Below, in pieces: positions 16,102 to 21,967 of a stretch of 21,967 nucleotides of DNA (position 1 is the first letter of the stretch; the number at the start of each line of letters is the position of its first letter). This DNA is from a bacterium (GTDB taxonomy: Bacteria > Babelota > Babeliae > Babelales > JABCYS01), in the NCBI GenBank assembly GCA_027452085.1, contig DAIDHG010000014.1:1-21967 (forward strand). Reading direction: 5' to 3'. The notes under the pieces are model-generated. The model was not told the origin of the DNA and searched no databases. It saw only the letters and a program-made list of their open reading frames with translations. The position numbers and the translations under genes are program-made.

Positions 16102-17229
16102 TTAAAGAGCGGCTGAAATTGCGGCACGATCGGCGAGTAAGTGGTACAAATTATTAAGCAATTGCCCTTGCCACGTTGATGGAGAGAATTCATCGAACTT
16201 TTGTTGTACAAGCGCTATTGCGCTCACACCCGATTGGTCTGGTTGCAATGGATCACAGAGCGGATTGTTGAGTAATTCTTGCACAATGGCCAAGCGTTTT
16301 TTTGCAGTCATTTCAAAACTTTTTTTTACCTTTTTCCCTTTGAGTTTTGCAAAAATTGAACTAAAAAAACCTGCTTTTGCAGCGGTGCGATCGCGTTCAT
16401 CCTCATCTGAAGAATCTGCTTTTTTGAGCTCAGCTTTTTTTCTTTTCATCTCTTTTTTATTTTTCTTTTTTTCCCGCCAAGCCTTAATTTTTCCCATCAA
16501 CCCCTTCTTTTTTACGTGTTTTACCTCACTCGATGAATCGGAGGAAGAATTTTTGGGAGAAGGAGGTGTTGGTGTAAACGTAGCCGGTGACGATTTTTTT
16601 CCCGAAGTATCACTCTCGCTGTGATCAGAAAAACTTATATGACGAGCGCGTGGAAGATCACCGCTTTGAGCGCTCATGGAGTCGGGGCTCGGGCTCGGAC
16701 TCGGGCTTGGTGTTGGGGCAACTGGTGAATCATCTGGAAAGGTTGCGTGCGTAGCATTAGTTTTTATTTGTTTCTTGGCCATGGCGGCTTGCGTAATGTG
16801 TGTTTGCGGAGAAGAAGATTTTTTTTGTTTTGGGGTATCTTTAACATCCGGTTCATGGGTATGCTCGGTTGCTTTCTTTTTGTGCCATGAACGCCACCCT
16901 AAAAGTAAAGCGGCCACACTGCCGATTGATGCAGCACCAACTTCCACATACCACCACGCATTGCCCGATACCATGCCGGCGCTGAGCGAATCAATAAATT
17001 GTTCCACCGCAGCAACTAATGGTTCCTGGCGGTTTGCTTTCAAAACACCATCATCGCTGGATTCAAGCAAGATAATACGCAGCTGCTCAAGATCTCCTTC
17101 TTCGATGGCTTGCATCAAAGAAAGGTAGTTGCGCAGTTCAAGCGGCGTGTTGCTTGGGGTATGGGCACCACTCATCTCGCCGGCGATGAACAGGCAGCCT
17201 AAGAGCGCTAATAATCGGTGGTATAGCAT
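16102..17229 (-). CDS. Hypothetical exported/membrane protein with split ankyrin-like motifs and a low-complexity Ser/Pro/Lys insert
   Basis: Signal peptide; LMQAIEEGDLEQLRIIL..QEPLVAAV; TM segment VGAASIGSVAALLLGW; PTPSPSPSPSP and poly-Lys tracts; KRLAIVQELLNNPLCDPLQPDQSGVSAIAL. Confidence 0.75.
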   Translation of the reverse strand: MLYHRLLALLGCLFIAGEMSGAHTPSNTPLELRNYLSLMQAIEEGDLEQLRIILLESSDDGVLKANRQEPLVAAVEQFIDSLSAGMVSGNAWWYVEVGAASIGSVAALLLGWRSWHKKKATEHTHEPDVKDTPKQKKSSSPQTHITQAAMAKKQIKTNATHATFPDDSPVAPTPSPSPSPSPDSMSAQSGDLPRARHISFSDHSESDTSGKKSSPATFTPTPPSPKNSSSDSSSEVKHVKKKGLMGKIKAWREKKKNKKEMKRKKAELKKADSSDEDERDRTAAKAGFFSSIFAKLKGKKVKKSFEMTAKKRLAIVQELLNNPLCDPLQPDQSGVSAIALVQQKFDEFSPSTWQGQLLNNLYHLLADRAAISAAL

Positions 17230-17339
17230 CGGTATCCCTCATTACGCGAATAACGTACCATATTCAGTGGCCAGGGATCTGCAATTTGTATCAAAAATGA
17301 TCAATAACTGTGTTGAGATCAACTATTTTTTGTTCAGTC

Positions 17340-19748
17340 TTAACTGACGACAAAACTTATCATGCGTCCGGGCACGTAAATAAGTTTGCGCACGGTTTTC
17401 CCGTCAAGATGTTTTGCAATAATTTTTTCTGCCACCGAACGTACCGTTGTTTCGTCGGCATCAACGGTGGTGGTAAGATCACCGCGCACCTTCCCGTTTA
17501 CTTGGATCGGAATCACGATCGACGTTACTTTTGCCAACTGTGGATCATATGACGGCCAGGTGCACTCTTCTAGCTTTTTATGGAGAAGCTGTTCAAGAAG
17601 TTCACTACACATATGCGGTGTGATAACTGAAAGTGCTACTAAAACTTTTTCAAGACTTTCAGGCCCAAGCTTGTCACCGGCTGCGGTCGCTTCATTCACC
17701 CAAATCATTGCGGCTGAAATTGCAGTGTTTGGTTTAAAATGTTCAAGTCGTTCTTGATAATCTGCCAGAAAACGATGTACGCGTTTGGTGGCTTCTAATG
17801 TTTCAGAGATTGTGGCATCTGTCTTGGTGCATACATTCCAAAACTTATTCAAGAAACGTGTCATGCCAACTAAACCATTATCTTGCCATTCACAATCTAA
17901 TTCTGGTGGTCCAAGGAATAGAATATAGGTGCGCAGCGCGTCGCTCCCATAAAGACGCACCATTTCATCAGGGTCGACCACATTCCCTTTGGACTTAGAC
18001 ATTTTTTCTACCACGCCAGTTTTTTCTGAATATTTAAGCACCATGCCCTGATTAAACAAATGAGCAAATGGTTCTGAGAAGGGCAAATAGCCAAGATCAT
18101 GCAGCACTTTGGTGTAAAACCGCGCATACAGCAAATGCAAAATAGCATGCTCAACACCACCCACATATAAATCGACCGGCATCCAATAGCTCATATCTTT
18201 TTGGTCAAATGGTTTCTCAGAAAGATGAGGATTTGGGTAGCGCAAGAAATACCAGCTTGAGCCAGCCCATTGCGGCATAGTATTCGTTTCACGTTTTGCC
18301 GGACCGCCACATACGGGGCACGTCGTGTTTACCCAGGAAGCAATGCCAGCAAGTGGTGACTCGCCCGTGCCGGTTGGTTCATAGCGTTCCACATCCGGTA
18401 ATCGGACCGGTAGCTGATCTTCAGGCACCGGTACCATACCATCAGTTGGACAATGAATGAGTGGTATCGGTTCTCCCCAATATCGTTGGCGTGAAAAGAC
18501 CCAATCACGCATTTTGTAGGAGGTTTTTGCCGTTCCGCAGTTGTTTTTTTCAAGATAGGCAATCATGGCAGCTTTGGCGGCGGTGGTATCAAGGCCGTCT
18601 AAAAAACCACTATTCATCACTATTTCATTTTCTGCGTGCGGTTGGAATTCACCTGCTGGTGCGATTAAGCTTTCATCAACTGGTTGTACCACGCGAACAA
18701 TGGGAAGGTTGTATTTTTTTGCGAACTCAAAATCCCGTTCATCATGGCCGGGTACGCCCATCACCATGCCGGTGCCATATTCCTTGAGCACGTAATCAGC
18801 AATATAAATGGGGATGTAGGTATTTGTTACCGGATTTTTTGCATATGAGCCAGTAAAAACACCAGTCTTTATTTGGGTCCGATCGTCCGGTGCGTGTGAG
18901 AATTTAATAATATACTCATCAACCGCGCTTTGTTGCTCGGGGGTAACCAGTTGTTGCACAAAGGCATGATTGGGTGCAATCACCAAGAAAGTAACGCCAA
19001 AAATTGTGTCTGGGCGTGTGGTAAATACGGGTAGGGTGATAGAGTTTGTTTTAAAATAAATTTCGGCGCCGACGCTTTTGCCGATCCAGTTGCGCTGCAT
19101 CAACTTTACCTTTTCCGGCCACTTTAATTCATCAAGGCCGGCAAGTAATTTTTCCGCATACGCGGTGATGCGCAACATCCACTGAGGAATCTCTTTTTGT
19201 TCAACTGGCGTGCCGCAGCGTTCACATTTACCGTCGATCACTTCTTCATTGGCCAAGCCCGTTTTATCATGCGGGCACCAGTTGATTGGTATTTGTGTGC
19301 GATAGGCAAGCCCGGCGTTGAACATCTGAATGAAAATCCATTGGGTCCATTTGTAGTAATCGGGATCAGTAGTATTAACTTCCTTGTCCCAATCGTAAAT
19401 GGCAGCCAAATGCTGAAGTTGTCGTTTAAAATTTGCAATGTTGGCCGCGGTGCTCACTTGGGGCTTAATGCCGCGCTTAATCGCATCATTTTCTGCCGGC
19501 AAACCAAAAGCATCCCAACCCATTGGGTGCAACACGTTGTAGCCTTCAAGCCATTTCATACGAGCATAGACATCAGAAAGCACATAGCCACGCCAGTGAC
19601 CTACATGCAATCCAGCGCCTGATGGGTAGGGAAACATATCAAGGCAATAAAATTTCTTTTGGTTACTGCTTGCCGGTTTTGTTTTGAACGGGTGTTGGGC
19701 CCAGTAGGCTTCCCACTTTTTTTCAATATCGGTAAATGAGTAGTTCAT
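17340..19748 (-). CDS. leuS: Leucine--tRNA ligase
   Basis: [17 protein letters not shown]1 editing domain ([22 protein letters not shown]), [20 protein letters not shown]. Start at ATG 19748 ([12 protein letters not shown]). Confidence 0.97.
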   Translation of the reverse strand: MNYSFTDIEKKWEAYWAQHPFKTKPASSNQKKFYCLDMFPYPSGAGLHVGHWRGYVLSDVYARMKWLEGYNVLHPMGWDAFGLPAENDAIKRGIKPQVSTAANIANFKRQLQHLAAIYDWDKEVNTTDPDYYKWTQWIFIQMFNAGLAYRTQIPINWCPHDKTGLANEEVIDGKCERCGTPVEQKEIPQWMLRITAYAEKLLAGLDELKWPEKVKLMQRNWIGKSVGAEIYFKTNSITLPVFTTRPDTIFGVTFLVIAPNHAFVQQLVTPEQQSAVDEYIIKFSHAPDDRTQIKTGVFTGSYAKNPVTNTYIPIYIADYVLKEYGTGMVMGVPGHDERDFEFAKKYNLPIVRVVQPVDESLIAPAGEFQPHAENEIVMNSGFLDGLDTTAAKAAMIAYLEKNNCGTAKTSYKMRDWVFSRQRYWGEPIPLIHCPTDGMVPVPEDQLPVRLPDVERYEPTGTGESPLAGIASWVNTTCPVCGGPAKRETNTMPQWAGSSWYFLRYPNPHLSEKPFDQKDMSYWMPVDLYVGGVEHAILHLLYARFYTKVLHDLGYLPFSEPFAHLFNQGMVLKYSEKTGVVEKMSKSKGNVVDPDEMVRLYGSDALRTYILFLGPPELDCEWQDNGLVGMTRFLNKFWNVCTKTDATISETLEATKRVHRFLADYQERLEHFKPNTAISAAMIWVNEATAAGDKLGPESLEKVLVALSVITPHMCSELLEQLLHKKLEECTWPSYDPQLAKVTSIVIPIQVNGKVRGDLTTTVDADETTVRSVAEKIIAKHLDGKTVRKLIYVPGRMISFVVS

Positions 19749-19779
19749 ATCTGTCCATAACGTTGTAAAAAGTGCCATC

Positions 19780-19788
19780 AGTATAGCA
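19780..19788 (-). promoter_or_regulatory. Extended -10 promoter element TGCTATACT for leuS
   Basis: TGnTATACT about 32 nt upstream of the leuS ATG. Confidence 0.5.
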
Positions 19789-19930
19789 GGTTTGATTGCT
19801 ATTGTTTTTTAATTTTTCAGGAGTATGATTTCCCGCTTTCAAACGTGAAATAACTCGATTCATCCGCTCGGCCTTATGCCTGTATAGCGGTGCGAGCGGC
19901 ATTGTCACACACAGCAGGTGGAGATTGTCT

Positions 19931-21103
19931 ATGCAGCTCAAAAAAGTAGCCTTATTCATTTCCGTTCTCGTGGGCGCGATTATCGGCGTTGCGCTGGTCA
20001 ATCAACCTCAGCAGCCACAACCGTTGGTACAGCTGGTGGAAGATGGCGCCTCTCTGAAGCTTTCGACTTTATATGGCAGCACTACCATCACAGAACCGGT
20101 TCTTATTGAACTTATTAAATCTCCGGCATTCCAACGCTTGGGCAAGGTTCGCCAATATGGCGTGGTATGCTATGCGCGACCGAATGAGCCGGAGTATACC
20201 CGTTTACAACATTCGCTTGGGGTATTCTTTTTAACGCGTGCCTACGGTGCGCCATTGTCTGAACAGATCGCTGCGCTCTTGCATGATGTTTCGCATACCG
20301 TCTTCTCGCATGTGGGGGACAGGCTTTTCAATTCAAACTACTATCTGTACGGAAATAACTCATATCAAGACAACATCCATGAATGGTATCTAGAAAAATC
20401 AGGTGTTATGGATATTTTGCGGCGCTATGACATGGCTCATGCTTGTAGCTCTGAGGCAAAGCGAAGCCAATTATGCTTTGAGCAACCGTCGCCTGACTTA
20501 TGCGCCGATCGCATTGAATACAATATTGCCGGCGGGTTTATTGATGGTATGCTCACACAAGCTGAAATAACTGCCATGATGAAAAGCCTGCATTTTTATA
20601 ATGGCCATTGGTTTTTTGATGATCTAAACCTGGCAAAAAAGTTTGCACACATCTCAGTCCAGTTATCTGAATCTCGCTGGGGCGCTGCTTGGAGTATTTT
20701 TATTGACCAGGCAGCGGCTGCAGCCATTCAACGGGCAGTAACGTTGGGTCTGGTCACTCATGATGATGTGCATTTCTCAACCGATGATGAAGTATGGGCG
20801 AAGCTTACCACGAGCAGTGACCCTGAAATAATGACCCAATTAGGGCATATAAAAAATTATAAAGAGCATCTTAAATTGGCCGCACCATCGCCCGAAACCA
20901 TACATTTGCATGGCAAGTTTAGCGGAACGAACCCTTTGGTAATGACCGAAGCCGGGTTGCAGCGCATCAGAGATGTAGATACAGAATTTAACGCACAGTT
21001 TGAAATGGCAAAGACAACCATAACAGCCGGGTATCATGCGAAACTGAAGATTACGCCAACTATTACCACCGATATGTCTGGCGTCGCCCCTAAATTTGCC
21101 TGA
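19931..21103 (+). CDS. HD-domain phosphohydrolase (dNTP triphosphohydrolase/YdhJ-like) with N-terminal hydrophobic anchor or signal
   Basis: PAFQRLGKVRQYG, TRLQHSLGV, AALLHDVSHTVFSH, CADRIEY; N-terminus MQLKKVALFISVLVGAIIGVALV; GGAG RBS before ATG 19931. Confidence 0.88.
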   Translation: MQLKKVALFISVLVGAIIGVALVNQPQQPQPLVQLVEDGASLKLSTLYGSTTITEPVLIELIKSPAFQRLGKVRQYGVVCYARPNEPEYTRLQHSLGVFFLTRAYGAPLSEQIAALLHDVSHTVFSHVGDRLFNSNYYLYGNNSYQDNIHEWYLEKSGVMDILRRYDMAHACSSEAKRSQLCFEQPSPDLCADRIEYNIAGGFIDGMLTQAEITAMMKSLHFYNGHWFFDDLNLAKKFAHISVQLSESRWGAAWSIFIDQAAAAAIQRAVTLGLVTHDDVHFSTDDEVWAKLTTSSDPEIMTQLGHIKNYKEHLKLAAPSPETIHLHGKFSGTNPLVMTEAGLQRIRDVDTEFNAQFEMAKTTITAGYHAKLKITPTITTDMSGVAPKFA

Positions 21104-21343
21104 TTTTCGTATCTCCTATACCCTTTTGGCCACTGAACAAGAACTTACATTTCTTGCATCTTTCATTGCATGTTGTTTTTTGTAAAAAAGCTTGATCAGG
21201 CAATGAACAGCGGTAGGAGGTGCGAGTACTCCTGTCGAAGTTGTGATTATAATTTGAATTCTCCCTTATCAATTCTGTTTTTGTGGCTTTTGTAGATAGT
21301 TTAACAAAGCAGGTTGTTTTATAGATTTGGAATTGCAATTTTT

Positions 21344-21967
21344 ATGAAAACAGCACAAATAATAGCAATCGGTACCGCTCTCTTTGCCATGTTTTTTGGC
21401 GCTGGGAACGTAATATTTCCCCTTGATCTCGGTCGGGTGTTGGACGACAAAGTATTTTACGCCATTCCCGGCCTGTTTATTTCAGGCGTTATCATGCCCA
21501 TTATTGGGGTATATGCCGGTGTCTTATTTAAAGGCGACTATCGTTCATTATTCCATACCATTGGTAAAATTCCGGGCGAATTATTGATGCTTGTATGCAT
21601 GCTGACCATCGGTCCGCTGGGAGCAATCCCACGCACCTTAACCTTGGCTCATGCCGGTTTTGCTTGGTATTTTCCGGCCTTGCCAATGGAGCTATTTATT
21701 ATTGCTGCAGGATTGATTGTGCTTTTCTTTACGCTGAAAGAGTCAAAAATTCTTGGCATTATTGGCAAATTTTTAGCACCTATCAAAATTTCCTTGCTCT
21801 CATTAATTATTCTTGCCGGTCTTTGGTCTGCCCAGCCGCTTGGGCACAGTGATATCTCTGCCTGCGCAAGCTTTTTCCAAGGCTTGTATCAGGGCTACTT
21901 CACTCTCGATCTTTTAGTGGCACTTTTCTTTGCCCGCCTCATATTCTTGGGTCTGGATAAGGAAACA
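21344..21967 (+). CDS. brnQ: Branched-chain amino acid transport system II carrier (LIVCS), 3' end outside the window (not in the supplied ORF track)
   Basis: Manual translation MKTAQIIAIGTALFAMFFGAGNVIFPLDLG...TIGPLGAIPRT...GKFLAP...QGYFTLDLL; LFAMFFGAGN and IGPxxAIPRT are BrnQ signatures. Confidence 0.92.
   Translation, partial: MKTAQIIAIGTALFAMFFGAGNVIFPLDLGRVLDDKVFYAIPGLFISGVIMPIIGVYAGVLFKGDYRSLFHTIGKIPGELLMLVCMLTIGPLGAIPRTLTLAHAGFAWYFPALPMELFIIAAGLIVLFFTLKESKILGIIGKFLAPIKISLLSLIILAGLWSAQPLGHSDISACASFFQGLYQGYFTLDLLVALFFARLIFLGLDKET

Noticed and set aside
19749..19930. T-box or other known riboswitch upstream of leuS or the HD gene
   Set aside because: The leuS leader is very short, and no T-box, purine or ykkC consensus was seen.
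8934..21852. Many short ORFs nested in or antisense to the M3 peptidase, phosphatase, bamA, leuS, HD and brnQ genes, including 8934-9380, 21090-21338 and 21595-21852
   Set aside because: They overlap well-supported genes or lack RBS and motif support; treated as shadow frames.

Overview
Bacterial chromosomal window with core genes (transaldolase/FSA family, uvrB, M3 oligopeptidase, PafA-type alkaline phosphatase family, bamA, leuS, HD phosphohydrolase, partial brnQ) interleaved with many signal-peptide hypothetical proteins. That mix suggests, by inference only, a host-associated diderm such as Dependentiae/TM6. Four things stand out. (1) Between uvrB and the M3 peptidase, two accessory modules (a frameshifted RelE/Gp49-like toxin with an atypical antitoxin, and a secreted Asp-box/sialidase-like protein) are each bounded by exact direct repeats of a terminator (40 bp) or terminator plus promoter (75 bp), giving a cassette-array layout with no recombinase in view. 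(2) The tal-uvrB intergenic region holds three divergent, covarying copies of an 83-94 nt long hairpin plus a REP-like element. (3) Three exported proteins share a 'split ankyrin' layout with hydrophobic segments inserted inside an ankyrin-like repeat. (4) Several enzymes show unusual active-site or localisation features. All calls come from reading the sequence; no searches were run.
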